Below are positions 10,697 through 24,300 of a stretch of 64,000 nt of DNA, in pieces. Where the stretch lies: NCBI GenBank assembly GCA_030390025.1, contig JASTWF010000036.1:744001-808000 (forward strand), given 5' to 3'. Each line of letters begins with the position of its first letter. Within the stretch, counting starts at the first letter, position 1. Below the pieces are notes generated by a model, which saw only the letters and a program-made list of their open reading frames with translations, ran no database searches and had not been told where the DNA came from. Made by a program: the position numbers and the translations under genes. Source of the DNA: Squalus acanthias (lineage: Eukaryota).

Positions 10697-13600
10697 GTTG
10701 GCTGTAGAATTTTCTTATAATTAATCATTTCTCATCCTTGTAAGTGATAACCTTGAATTCTTCCCTGTGAAAGAAGCACACCAACAGCCAGGGGTGCAGG
10801 GGAAAGAGCAAAGGACCAGCAATGGAATAAAGACCACACAAGACATCAAGGAATGAATTTAGAGTCCGATCCATGAGGAATTTATACAAGTTTTGCTTGC
10901 AGTTTGTTCTTTGAACCATTTCAGTTAATTTTAGGCATTTGTTCTATGTTGTAGCTGGGTTGCTCCATTGTTGTGAATGGCCTCTTGTAAATGATCTTGC
11001 TGTCGTGTAAGTGTAACCTGGCAAGGTTTCATTTTACAAGTGAGATGTGCCCAATGGGTTATGAGAATTATCCTCTTGTGATATTATGGTTTGAAGTTCA
11101 ACTCTTCAACAAAATAAACTTTTATAATGCAGCCTCATTCGAGCTACTTTTTACTTGTGCTCAATGTAAAAGTCAGAAAATGTTTCCACTTGTACGGGAG
11201 TCCAAAACTAGGGGCCCTAAATCTAAGATGGTCACTAATAAATCCAATAGGGAATTCAGGAAGAACTTCTTTACCCAGAAAAAACATTTTTGGCAGTTGA
11301 CAATGTGCAAATCCAAAAGACATTCAGCACTCAAAAGGGTGAATATGCATTGTTTCATTTCAGTGATGTGGCTAAACACTTGCTTTGGGTGTTTTTTTAA
11401 AAATAAATTGCAGTTCACTGATGTTGTGACAAGTTTACTTTGAACATTCTCCCTTTTTGTGAATCCGATTGCACGTTAGGAAGTCAAGTCGTCAAACTTG
11501 CATGGTGGTGAGAATGTGGAACTCGCTAGCACATGGAGTAGTTCAAAGGAAAGCTAGATAAACATGAGAGAAAGGAATAGAAGGAGATGTTGGTGGGGGT
11601 TAGATGAAGAGGGGTAGGAGGAGGCTCGTGTGGAGCATGGACCAGTTGGGCCGAATGGCCTGTTTCTGTGCTGTAAATACTATAAGCAAGCCTGCATTTA
11701 CTTACCAAGGACCAAACCGTGACCTTGTGTGCAAAGTATCTGGGATAGCAGACCATGGGGAAATGTATCTTTTACTGTCAGGGTATGCACTAGAAATAGT
11801 ACAGGATTATGCCAGGCATGTCTGAGCTCTCCCACTGACAGAAAACACCACCCTGACAGAAGGTGAAGTTCAGGCTAGAACAACTTTAAAGAGCAAGTCA
11901 GCAGCCTAGATAGAGTACAGTATGACCTTCATCTGGTGCAATCCACACCCAGTTTTTTAAACAGCTAATTTTTCATGGTTTAGCTATTAAGAATGACATC
12001 TCATTGTACAGTGACACCCATTACTAGACCAGCTATCTTTTTATCAAGTCCGAGGCACCTTTGGTGGCTCTCTGAAAGAGCCATCCATTCTCTGTACCTG
12101 TTAATTTTTATTTTTCCAAGTCTTCATCCAGTTCCCTTTTAAAAGCTGTTGGGTTTATTTAAGACAAAAACTTGTGGTAGTATCAGTTGGGATCTCTCTG
12201 CCTGACAATGCAATTGAATAAGCTTTCCACCCCTGGGAGTTTCCTCGCCTTGTGTCTGGATCTGTTGTAGACTAATTGATAGCCATGAATAGTCAACTCC
12301 ATTACTTTTGTATCATGCAACAACCAGGATGGTAGAGGACCGAGAACGAGATGGGACCGTGGTCTTTTTTCCCCCTCTAATAATTCTATGTAAAAAGTGC
12401 CTTTAATATATTATGGGAAAAGGTAATGTACACCACAGCCATATAATGATAAAAAGGGCATTTAATACTTGGATTAGAATAGGGACTATTAGAAGCTGGG
12501 GGAGCCCTTTTTTGCCTTCAATTCAATTCAGCCGAGTTTACCTTAAACAATAAAGGCTCTTTAACGTGGTGTAAACATACACTTCGACCACTTTTCTGAA
12601 GGAAATCAGCATTTAATTGGAAACTCCACTGACAAATAATCACTTTCACTGTTTCAAGTCTAGGTTTACTTTAGGTTCAGTTTTGGAAAAAATCCACTCA
12701 TTATGCAACTGCCCCATTTAAATGTAAGAGCTGCTTGAGATAGATTGAAAATAAATCCTGTCGCAATGTTGTTCTGTAACTAGCCACATATCTTTGAGGG
12801 CAGGGGTCGTTTAACTGGTATGTAGGAGCTCCACCATATGCACAGGAGAAATCCTTGAATACAGCTCATGAAACAAAGGGTAACCACTTCTATAATGCTT
12901 TTGATTTATTCCTCCTCACAGCTGAGAGCATCAATCCATACTGAGATACAATTCCACACTCAGTACGCTGACTGCAGTACCTCACCAAAGTGCCAATTGT
13001 CCATGTTCGCCTCGACAATGAGTGTTGACACGATAATCAACTGTGGAACCGAGAGGCTACATCACAGCCAAACCTCACTTCCAAGCAGTAAACCTGGCCG
13101 ATTTTTCTCACTCGCTAACCTAGGGACTGTTGCCAATGGCAGCACTGGGATCCCAACCTGGCACTTTCCTAGTGTGTAGGGCTCAGGACTATGCATTTAC
13201 TCACTGAGCCATCATAACTCACCTCTAGCCTGCAACAGATTAATCCCACTCACTCGAGGCTATTTTTAGTGGCACTTTTTAACAAGTGCTTTGCAGTGGT
13301 AATTTTATATGACGATGTTCTGTATCGCTGCAATACCAGTGTAAATTGAGTATGTACAAGGTTACAGTAGAGTGTACCATATCCAATTATTACTTTTGCT
13401 TTGTGCATTTAGCCACATTTTTGCCTATGGTGTTGGTCTATCTACGTTAAGCATCACTGCTTCAGTGTGTACTAGGGTTAGGAGCAGATAGGAGAATCAT
13501 TTTTGCAACTGAGCAGGTTAAGGAGAATATACCATTCCTTGGAACATGTGCCAAAGTGTTTGGTTCACTGCACCCCTCCCCCTTCAAAGAAAATCCTGGG

Positions 13601-13819
13601 AAAAGATCAGTAGAAAGTTATCCCAATCGTAAGAGATTACCCCCAGACGCTGCCATTACCTGAATTAGTACACAGAACCACAAACTGCTTATTGTGGTCT
13701 TAGTTATCTTTTCCTACTTGTATTGTTCATGAAGTTCATCCACAAAGAACATTGTGACAACCACTCATTGTTCAGGTCTTGTGCTTGACAAAGTAGTTGA
13801 AATTCAATATAGATTAACT

Positions 13820-14550
13820 TACTTCAGTATAGATAAGAGGTTGTGCATTTTAGCAGGAGAAAAAGGTGGCCACATACTTCTTGGGAAATAAGTCTAAATG
13901 GGGTAGGGGAGCAAAGGGATCTAGGGGGTACAGATTCACAAATCATTAAAAGTAGCAACACATGTTAACAAGGCCATAAAACAATGCAAACAAAGCATTG
14001 GGGTTCATTTCTAGAGGAATGGAATTGAAAAAGCAGAGAGGTTATGTTAAACTTGTACAGAACCTTGGTTAGACCACACTTGGAATACTGTACACACCGT
14101 TCTGGTCTCCATATTACAAAAAGGCATATAGCGGCACTGGAGAAGATGCAAAAAAGATTTACAAGGATGACAGAACTGAGGTTCTAACGATCAGGAAAGG
14201 CTGAACAGGCTTGGGCTCTTTTCTCCAGAAAAGAAAAGGGTGAGGGGTGAGGGTAGATGCTTCCACTTATTTTTTGTGGGGGAGGAAGAGGAGGGGAAGG
14301 AAAATGTCCAAAACTAGAGGACACAAATATAAGATAGTCACTAATAAATCCAATAGGGAATTCAGGAGAAAACTTCTTTACCCAGAGTATGGTTAGAATG
14401 TGGAACTCGCTCCCACAGGGAGTGGTTGAGGGGAATAGTATAGATGCATTTAAGGGGAAGCTGGATAAGCACGAGGGAGAAGGGAATGGAAGGATATGCT
14501 GATAGGGTGGGAGGCGGCTTGTGTGGAATGGCCCCTTTCTGTGCTGTAAA
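13820..14550 (+). mobile_element. Degenerate CR1 3' fragment
   Basis: LVRPHLEYC and NFFTQ...WNSLPQG remnants, CR1 3' UTR. Confidence 0.8.
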
Positions 14551-15255
14551 TGTTAAGTAACTAAAGGACTGCCCCATTCTCAGTAAGTGGATTTGGGCAT
14601 GTTGGATTGCGGTCAAAGACAATCTTTTGTACACCTTGGTCCAGAGTGGGTGAGCTCTTGTTGGGGTATTATATTAAATGTATAATACATACATTACACT
14701 TAGTCAAGAGATCTCACATCCTTTGACTGGAAGTCCTACAGGATACTGCCAATTATTGCACAACTGGGATTATCTACAACCCCTGGAAGCATTTGAATTC
14801 TTAATGCACTGTAGAGTGTTTGTAAAAGATACTTTGAGATACTTATGATTCTGTATGCATCATTGTGAATAGGCACTGTACATCTTTAAAATTTATAAAA
14901 GCAGAGAAGCTTCAGTCATAATTTAGTTCCTTTTCTTAAGCAAGCCAAGGAAAAAACAATACACCAAATTCTGAAGCAAGGCAACAGTGAGGTTCCACTG
15001 AGGGGTGAGGTGCTTCCACAATAGAGTAAAAAAAAAGACAAAACACCAGAGAGCTGATCACTGCACTTATTTAACTGAAGCTTTTGAAACATCAGAGCAT
15101 GCATTGCACAACAGTACAGTGAAAACTACATACAATGCACTGTAACATTTAAGATGGTATTCAATTTTTAGTATTCATCAATAAAGCTGCAGCAATCCCT
15201 CCACTGATACTTGGGAGGTGTATCCTCAAATGGTTACAAGCACTTCAGAGACTAA

Positions 15256-15912
15256 GGGGAGAAATTGGGTTGCTATGCGCCTCTCGTTAGCGCCCCCGGG
15301 GTGCAAATGCCCTAGCGCAGCCAACGCCTCCCACGAAATTCAGCGGGAGGTTAGTGGTGGCGGTAGCGCCCTGCCGATGATGACGTCATCGCCGTGCACA
15401 GCGCCCAGGCAACAAACTTCCCTTGCGCCCCCTGAACTATCGCCGGGCGATGATACCGACAGGATCAGGGGGCGGTTTTGCAGTGGCAGTAGCTTGCGGC
15501 GCTGCTACCTAAAGGGCAGGTGTCGGGCGGCCATTTTTATTTTGGCCGACTGCCAGCACATTTAACATTTCTATGCAGGGTGTCGGCGGCGATCGCTCAG
15601 CCCGGCACTCGAGTGCCAGGTCATTTCCACGGCACCCCACTGGTAGGGCAGGGCCCCGGTGCGCGCAGCGCTAGGGCCCTCCCCTTTAATCAGGGGCGGA
15701 GGCCTGCAATGACGCAGAGCTACGTGGCGCTGCTGCATGTAGCGGCGCGTCGTTTAGTAGTAGCGCCCCAAGCAGAAGGTGGAGGGCTTCCAGTAGTTCT
15801 CCACCTCCTCCTTGGGGCACTACTACTGAATTTACGGGGGAGGGGCACTAACGTTTTCATGGCGCTAAGCGCCCAGACGACATTAGTGCCCCAGCTACCC
15901 AATTTCCCCCCC
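15256..15912. mobile_element. GC-rich non-autonomous DNA transposon (Harbinger-like MITE)
   Basis: TIRs GGGGAGAAATTGGGT / ACCCAATTTCCCCCC, subterminal TTAGCGCCC-type repeats, CpG-rich relative to its flanks. Confidence 0.75.
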
Positions 15913-16404
15913 ATAAGCTCTAACTCTAAAACCCTTCACTTTCACGGACTCCTGTGGTTTCAATTGAGAAAAACAAAGCTGCGTTATTGACAGCTTGCAT
16001 CAAATTGCAGTGGGATTTAACGTTTGTGGCCGAGACCCACAAAAAAGTCCAAGAAAACGGGGTTTACTGCAGTTCCATGGCCGATGAAGCAAGGATACTA
16101 CAGCTAAAGGCAAATTTTATAGAGGCAGGCAAATCTTTGGTACAGGTCTTTTATACTGATTAGCACTCAAATGACAAAGATACTTAAAAAAAACAAGTAA
16201 AAGGGAATAGATGTGTTTTACAGCTATAAAGGCTACATTACACCATAATCTATCGTTCAGAATGTAGTCTGCATAATATACAGTTTATTAGTTGGAGTCA
16301 ACATGCTTCTACTTCCGGTAGCAATTTTCTATTTGATTATAGGTAACTGCACAATAGAAATGCAGAAGTATATTAATGCATATTGCAAGTCCTAACAGAG
16401 GTAA

Positions 16405-16782
16405 GCGTACCGTGGCTGCAGTGTGTACCATCTACAAGATGCACTGCAGCAACTCGCCAAGGCTTCTTCGGCAGCACCTCCCAAACCCGCGACCTCTTCC
16501 ACCTAGAAGGACAAGGGCAGCAGGCGCATGGGAACACCACCACCTCCAAGTTCCCCGCCAAGTCACACACCATCCTGACTTGGAAGTATATCGCTGTTCC
16601 TTCGTCGTCGCTGGGTCAAAATCCTGGAACTGCCTCCCTAACAGCACTGTGGGAGTACCTTCACCACACGGACTGCAGCGGTTCAAGAAGGCATCTCACC
16701 AGCCCCTTCTCAAGGGCAACTAGGGATTGGCAATAAATGCTGGCCTTGCCAGCGACACCCACATCCCATAAAACAAATAAAC
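16405..16782 (+). mobile_element. 3' fragment of a second CR1/L2-group LINE family
   Basis: RTVAAVCTIYKMHCSNSPRLLRQHLP...; near-identical to 53135-53885 and 61486-63036. Confidence 0.85.
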
Positions 16783-18269
16783 ACACCTGGCATCAGTCTG
16801 TGCCCAATCTAATTCTGCAGTTCAAAATAGATCACAAGTTATAATGTCTGTTTACATGCATGGACAAAGGCATCATAGGCCAGATTAAACACCTATTAAA
16901 AAGAAAACACTTCAATGCTTTTAAAAAAAAAATAGAAGCTTCTAGTTATCAATGGGTTAGAAAGTAATTGGAGGAACTGGATTTAAATTTGCTATCTTTA
17001 ACAAAAATCAAAAGCAGCAAATAAATTCTAACCTGGAAGATTTTACAATGCAACCTCAATTAAATCACTGAAAGGGCCACAGCAATCCCAAATTTGAAGA
17101 GTCCCGTGCCCAGTCCTTTGCTGGGAGCAGTCTACAAAATGGTAACTCTTCGATTTGCAATGCATTTTATGAATCCAATTTCTTTGCTTTGACAGTTCTC
17201 TGTAGTGTCCAGATCGTCAGCACCTCAGGGTCCTGTAATTCGGGAGTCTGAAGTGCTGACGTCCTGGACACGACAGATCATCAGCACTGGTGATTCGACT
17301 GGCTCGACAGCGGCTGATGTCGAAGCTGCTGCTTTGTAGCATGACAAGTCGGTTTAAAACCAAGGATCGTTTTGTAACTGGATAAAAACTGTTGCCAACG
17401 TGATTAATTGGGTTAAAAGCTGGCAGATGTCAGCGCATGCTTGCAATCGATAGAAACCATTGCAGGCAGCAAACTCATTCCATGGCACGTTTGCTTTGTG
17501 GGAGACTCCCAGCTAAAGCGTGGAGGGAAGCCACAGAATTAACGCACAGGTCAAAGGAAAGGAACTGCTAACAGTATGAAATTGCCACATATACACAGGG
17601 TACCCTCGAATAGCTTAACCTCCAAAGCTGCAAGAAATTTAAGCCTTTAAAAAAGGAGTATTTTGTATGTCTAATCTCAGGGCTACAGGCACAACAGTAG
17701 TACATTTTCTTTTAAAGTCCTAATTAATAGTTCCATAAAAGGCAGGCAATTATGGAAACAATATTCTGCCAGATCAATGCTAATACAGAAATGTTCGGTC
17801 AGTAGCATATATTAAATATTCACTGGATTATCCTTTCGTTTTCCTGCAAATATTTCCCATTCTGTAGTAACAGTTCCCACAGCCTGTGACTTTATAAAAT
17901 AATCTTTTACTCTGGGCTTTTAGTTTTAGTTCTCGGAGGCAGGCATTCGTGGCTTTCTAAACCAGTTCTTGGTCTAAAGGTTACAAAATTCAACCCTCCG
18001 AGTCTCCACATCATACTGGTGAGCAATAGTTTTACAAACTGGTATACAGAAGTTATGTACTTAAAAACAGGCTCACAGCTTTTTTAAAATTAGTACTCGC
18101 ACTAATAACAGACAACTACATTACATTTAAAGGATTAGATTGGTGATTACACATTATTAATGTCTGTATTACGCAGAGGATAATACTAAAAACTGCAGTT
18201 AGCACAAGGAGCTGGTTTAATGTGAGGTTCCTAGGAAGCTGATTTTGATACCATTTGGTTAATTTGCGA

Positions 18270-18345
18270 TTATTTCAACATTGGGGAGGCAAAAAAGGTT
18301 CCAGTTCGATTGAAATTCATCGACAACTTGCTCTTGCTTCCAAAC
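18270..18345 (-). CDS. RACGAP1: RACGAP1 last coding exon ([24 protein letters not shown])
   Basis: ttgcag|G...AAA TAA; 76 nt. Confidence 0.96.
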
Positions 18346-21300
18346 CTGCAAGAAATAGAAGAGTATTAAGCTGGGAAGGGACTTTTGTGTGGCAATTGTT
18401 TACTGTTTTGCACATAAAAATTTATAGCCTTGAAATCTGACCACAGGAGTGGAAAAGAACTTTAATCCCCTAAAAAGCAGTAGCCGAGAGCACACACGCA
18501 CTTAATCAAGCAATTTAGGTACGTTTAGAACTTCCAGTCAGACCCAAATGATGCACCCAGCGATTCAGAATACTCGTTTTTTTTAAAATGATCTAGTTAT
18601 AATGTATCAGCGACATCAAGGGTCCCCCAGAAAAGAACTTTACCCGTCCATAGCTTTGGGTGATTAAATTGCTATGGTAGTGCTTAAACTTGCTGCATCA
18701 GAATGAGGGGACAATAGTCCACATGTGAAGTTGTCAATCTCATCCAAACTGGGTGGGTGGGTGAAGAGCAAAAAAATCAAGGAGTCAATGGAGGCAGATC
18801 ATGCACCAGCCAGCCAGAGAGCAGGTTGCCTGTCCATCTATCTTTTCAGGAAAAATTACTAAAACGATCCTTCACCATAATTCTAGACATCGGAGCCTGG
18901 ATATTACGCTGCTATTTTATTGCGTGAATGTTCTATCCACTATTTGAATGGAGACATTAACCAGTTTATTTTAAACAGATTAATGTCATCATTGAAAAAG
19001 ACCACACGTTCTACCCCAGCAAATGGCACTGTGCAGGACACTACAGAACCAGGGCATTAGATAACACACATCCTGCATAAGGGAGGGACGAGACGTGGAG
19101 TTTGTGCACACAAAATTCCTCATTTCAGCTGTGTCACTACAGGGAGGAACCAAATAGAGGCCAGCATTTCCACTCAGGAGAGTGCGGACGAGGAACAGTG
19201 ACCATGAAAGGGGAGGGTAATGGGGAAAAGAGAACACGAGCGAGAGAGGAGAGAGTGTGCAAGTACAAGTGAGACACACTTGAGAGCAAGAGCCCAATAT
19301 CGGATCATCTCGGGTCACTCTGAAACAGCATTGGCAGAGATGGAGAATCAACTTAACCACTCTCTTCCCAGAGACCCGGGGTGGGAGAATAAATAGTGGA
19401 ATAACCAAAATCAAAACTGGCACCTGTAGCATGGCAATTAAACAGCGTGTTCCAACTATCATTTCTCACATCCCATTCTAAAATGCAGGAGCGGAGACGT
19501 ACTTACTTGGGAGTGGTTTTGGTCAGACTGGATTTGACTCGTGCTGACAAGGAGCTGGACGAGGGGGTCTTGCCAATTATTTGGTGCTCAGGGGTGGTAA
19601 GTGGCCCAAGCATGCTCACTAAGAAAGAAAATGATGAATTAGGAGATGCAAAAATTATATTTATATCCAGAGACTTTCTTGAGTTTAGGTTTAGTTATTC
19701 ATTGAAGATCGGTTATCTCAGGTCTGCACTAACACTCAGAGCTGCTCATGGGTGGCCCTCGAGTCCTGGTGCAGCTCCATTTGCAGGTAAATCTGTACTT
19801 TGGACCAGTGTTGACCCAGGAGATCTGCAGTACCCGACTAACAGGAACATTTCCTGGCTGGGTGCTCCTGGACCAGGACCCAGACCGGTCGGTGCAAAGT
19901 GCAGCCTGCATGCAGAGGAATATAGCTGCTCCAGGATACAAGTGGGCCATGTTACCATGCACGTCATTGGAGCAGTTCCAGATGCTAGAGAAGACCTGGA
20001 AAGGTGAGTTTTCATGCAAGAATGAATGAAAATTCGTATCTGCCAAGTTGGAGATACATTTAAAAGCAGATGAATGCTTTCTCAACGTATTCCCCTTGGC
20101 CTCCCTTCTTTAACAATGAAGGAGATAGGTGTATAATGGGGTTTTATCACATCAGTTACTTTGGTGAGACACAACATTGAGTGGAAAGTCACATATCCCG
20201 GTTTTTAATAACCCAACAAATGTACACAAGAAAGAAAAACTCTCATTTCTACAGCACCTTTCACGACCAGCGGACGTTCCAAAGCGCTTTACAGCCAATG
20301 AAGTACTTTTGAAGTGTGGTCACTGTTGTAATGTAGGAAACGTGGCAGCCAATTTGCACACAGCAAGCTCCCACAAACAGCAGTGTGATAATGACCAGAT
20401 CATCTGTTTTTGTGATGTTGATCGCGGGATAAATATTGGCCAGGACACCGGGGAGAACTCCCCTGCTGTTCAAAATAATGCCATAGGATCTTTTACGTCC
20501 ATTTGAGAGAGCAGACGTCTCATGCGAAAGACGGCCCCTCCGACACTGCAGCACTCCCTCAGCACTGCACTGGGAGTGTCAGCCTAGATTTCTGTGCTCA
20601 AGTCTCTGGAGTGGGGCTTGAACCCACAATCTTCTGACTCAGAGGCGAGGGCACTACCAACCGAGCCGTGGCTGATACACAGAACTTTAGTTTTTTTTAA
20701 TATAACCATTGGACACTTTTGCAGCGGTAAATTAAAATGCTTGCCAACTTATATGAATGCAATTGTAATGATTCCATTAGTTCACTTACTTACTTGTTTT
20801 CAGCACATTTTGACTTTGGAATTACCAGCATGTGATAAAATGGGACAGAATATTTAATTAGGAGCGTGTAGAGGGTAAAATTCAAGATTCACAACCAAGA
20901 TGTGTTCTCCATGAGCGAGTGTTAAAAAGGCTGCACCAGTGACTTGTAATATTAACGTGACACAGCTACTCAATAACTAAACCCACTCACCTAAAATCTC
21001 ACTGTCCAACCATACTGAGCTTACTCGAAACAGTAGATTTAAAAAAAAACAGCTGGCACCCAATGGTCCCTTTAAGCTGCGTGGCCACGCAGCGCTCCAG
21101 GGGTCCCGTGCAGCCGATGAGCCGGTTTTTAAATTGAAAAAACTGCGCACGCGCAGAGTTTTGAATAGGCCGCGCAGCCCGTTAAAAATTACAGGGAACA
21201 GTGCTGGCATCTAGTCAGAGGCTGTGATCAAACTACTGGATCTGTAACACTGACCAACCATGTAAAGCTTTATTCGTTGTTTGACTGCTGTTGATCTACA

Positions 21301-24300
21301 GCTATATAACAAAAGACCTTTAAAAAAAGTTATTCACAAAATGGATACACGGCATACAATGGAGCAAGGGCTCGGCATGCGTGTCCCCCTTATTACAAAT
21401 GTAAAGTGCGCGCATCTCGGAACCCGATTTTTGGTCAGGAAACAATGCAAAATTTCTGGATATTCCTCCCTCAAATTCTGGGAGAAGTCAGTTCTCCGAT
21501 TCATCAATGGTTATTTAATTGGTGGAAAGTGGTAAAAATGTATTTGAAAGGTACCAGCTGCCAATCATAAAAAAAACCCTGCATTTTTTTAGCACCTCGT
21601 CATGTTTCTCAAACATCCCAAAGTGCTTTACAGGAATTACTCTGAAGTGCAGTCACTGATGTTGGTAAACAAACATCTGTACCTGTACCTGAAGGAGCAG
21701 AGCTCCGAAAGCTCGTAATTTCAAATAAAACTGTTGGACTATAACCTGGTGTTGTGCGACTTCTCATTTTTGTTGGTAAACAAAGCCGCCATTCTGCACA
21801 CAGCAGCGAGACAATCGGTGATGTTGGGTGAGGGAGGAATGTTTGGACAGGTCACCGAGAGAACCAACTCCTGGATCTTCTTAGAACAGTGCCACGGGGA
21901 TCATGTACGTCCAGCTGAGCACAGACAGGGCTCGGTTTAACATCCCATCTGAAAGATGGCATCTCCAACAAGGCACTGCACTGAAAACAGCAGCCCAGAT
22001 TACGTGCCCAAGTCATGCAGTGGGGCTTCAACTCAACCTCCTGACAACGGAGCCTAGCTGGAATAACACTGCTACACGGTCTAAGGTGTTTTTTTTGCTC
22101 CTCTCATGAAAAATCCATCCCATAAATTATTTCAAACCATCGCAAGGTACACAGAAGTGCCCAGCTTAAAACAAGTCAGAATGCCATTTGATCAATTTTG
22201 ATAACCACGAGTGTTACCTTTTATTTCAGGAGTGCTGTAAGCATTAGAATTTTCAATGATATGATTGGGATGCACATTCTCCTGTTCCACCATCGTAAAC
22301 TGGCTCCAGTACTCCACTGGCAAAGATAGGAAACGTTCAACCACCTACCAGAAAAGGAGAAGCTTTAGATGGGTTCAATTCTGAAACAAACGCCCGACAA
22401 AGACTGCTTGCTACTATTTTACCTGAAAACCTCATGCGCAGCTATGGATAACTAGCGAGACTGTAAAACTATGCGTTTAGATCAGTAAATCCCAGGGCAG
22501 GAGTTTGTGTGTGTGTGAAATTCACTGTTGGCCCAAGGCAAAAAGGTTCTGACGAAAGGTCATCGACCTGAAACGTTAACTCCTTCTCCACAGATGCTGC
22601 CTGACCTGCTGAGTATTCCCAGCATTTTCTGTTCCTATTGCAAAAAGATGATGTTCACGATAAAGAGAGATTGCAGAAAGCGGTCTGCTATCATGACTGC
22701 TTCGTGCAGCACGGTGCACAAAGTGCCGACATCAGATGGGCTTACAACGGGGAACACCAGAAACCCTCTTACAGTCTTGTGGCTTCAGGGAGAACTACCC
22801 AAGTTCACACTGTACAGTGACACTGCAGATGTCGGAAAGCTTTCAGTGCAACACCGGAGAATTTCACATTCTGGCTGCCAGAAGCTTTGATCAAGAGAAG
22901 CTCTGCTCGTCACACAGGAGTGGGAAGCAAATAGATTAACTTCAAAGCCCAAATGTGGCCAATTTGAGCTTATCCCACCCCAACATTTCTCCTCATCCTC
23001 AGCTGTTGTCGAAAGGTGCGGCACACGGCAACAGCTTGGTTACATACCTTTGGTTGTCGCTTGGTTTCCTGCAGCATTGACATGGGGGCTGGATTAGGCG
23101 TGGAATAACCCACAATTGTCGGGCCAAAGACCTTGGCAAGGTTACTTATGTCCATCTTGCAGTTTGGGCTATTAGCCACTCTAAGAGAGGGAGGAAAAAC
23201 AGGAGTTCAGATCTTGGTATCAAATGTAGCTACATTTTTGGTTCACTTGGACAACAAACCAGTGAAACAAGTAAAATGTTACAATCCAGAACCATTTGGC
23301 CAGTTAAAGGGCGCACAGGCCACAAACACCTGTGATGCAATGAAATTCAGCTATAAAGCCATTTAAATGGTTTCAATTAAAAATGACCAGAGGGAACAAA
23401 CTGCTATTTGAATATTCAGATAAAATGACACATTTCTGGACCACGAAAAGTTGTAATTTAAAAAAAATTCACATTATTGTAAAGCATTCTAAAGCTGTCC
23501 AATTAGCACAACTTTAACTGCCGAACGTCAAGGAGAAGCTCCTGATATACAAAAAAGCTCTGAAAAACTACCTGCCAGGAGAAACTGCCAAGCTCCCGGA
23601 GAATAATGAAGCAGACAGACAGATAATGCAGCTAGCTAACAGTACGAGCACACTGGCCAACACCCACCTCCCACTCCAGAAGCACTGCGCCCCTCCTCCA
23701 GTAGGACACCAGCAGCTTTACTGGTGGATCAGCTATTCCTAATGGTGGGTTTTTCATTAATAGTACACAGCGCAGCTCTGCAGTGGAAGCAGGAGGGGGT
23801 TGCAGACGGGGCTTAGCCAGCCCTCCTTGGAGCAATCTAAAGCAACCCTTAAAACAGCCCACAATGGACTCGAGACTGGGTAGGCCACTACCCCACCCCC
23901 AAGCCCATGAAAGGAAGAAAGCAGAAGCCTCTGACACGACACCCCCTGCCAAGAAGAGGGCACCATGCCTGCTCACCAATTCCCCAGTGCAGTGGCCACT
24001 GACACTGCTGCCTCTAATCCACCTAAGTGTCAATGCTGCATTCGCTCCCTGCCCATGGTTAGAGAGAGGTTAACAAAAGAGAAAGGGATAGAGAAAGAGA
24101 AGGAAAAAGGGCGAAATGAGAATTGGACATGTTTAATCAAGATTCTGACCATCAAGTGTTATTCATGCACGACCCACACACTGGCTGTGACAAATGCTAC
24201 AGAAAGCTGGACACCCCTGCAATGTTCCTGTTAAGCTGGGCGGCTCTCTGGAGGTCCCGCGCAGGCCGCTTGCCTCCTTCACAATGGACAAACCGCACAT

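Noticed and set aside
15218..15990. CpG island or gene promoter between the two genes
   Set aside because: The GC-rich block is bounded exactly by MITE terminal inverted repeats
19447..20029. Antisense nested gene (186-aa ORF, donor-like AAG|gtgagt near 20003)
   Set aside because: Its first part is just the antisense of RACGAP1 exon 15; the rest has no recognisable domain or partner exons and looks like decayed transposon sequence
21688..21762. Hammerhead in a second Penelope family (GGAGC aga GCTCC GAAA GCT)
   Set aside because: The CUGANGA core is truncated to CTGA, so it is not a complete ribozyme
23632..24073. ORFs with an NLS-like PPAKKR motif
   Set aside because: Short intronic ORFs with no family match or supporting splice structure
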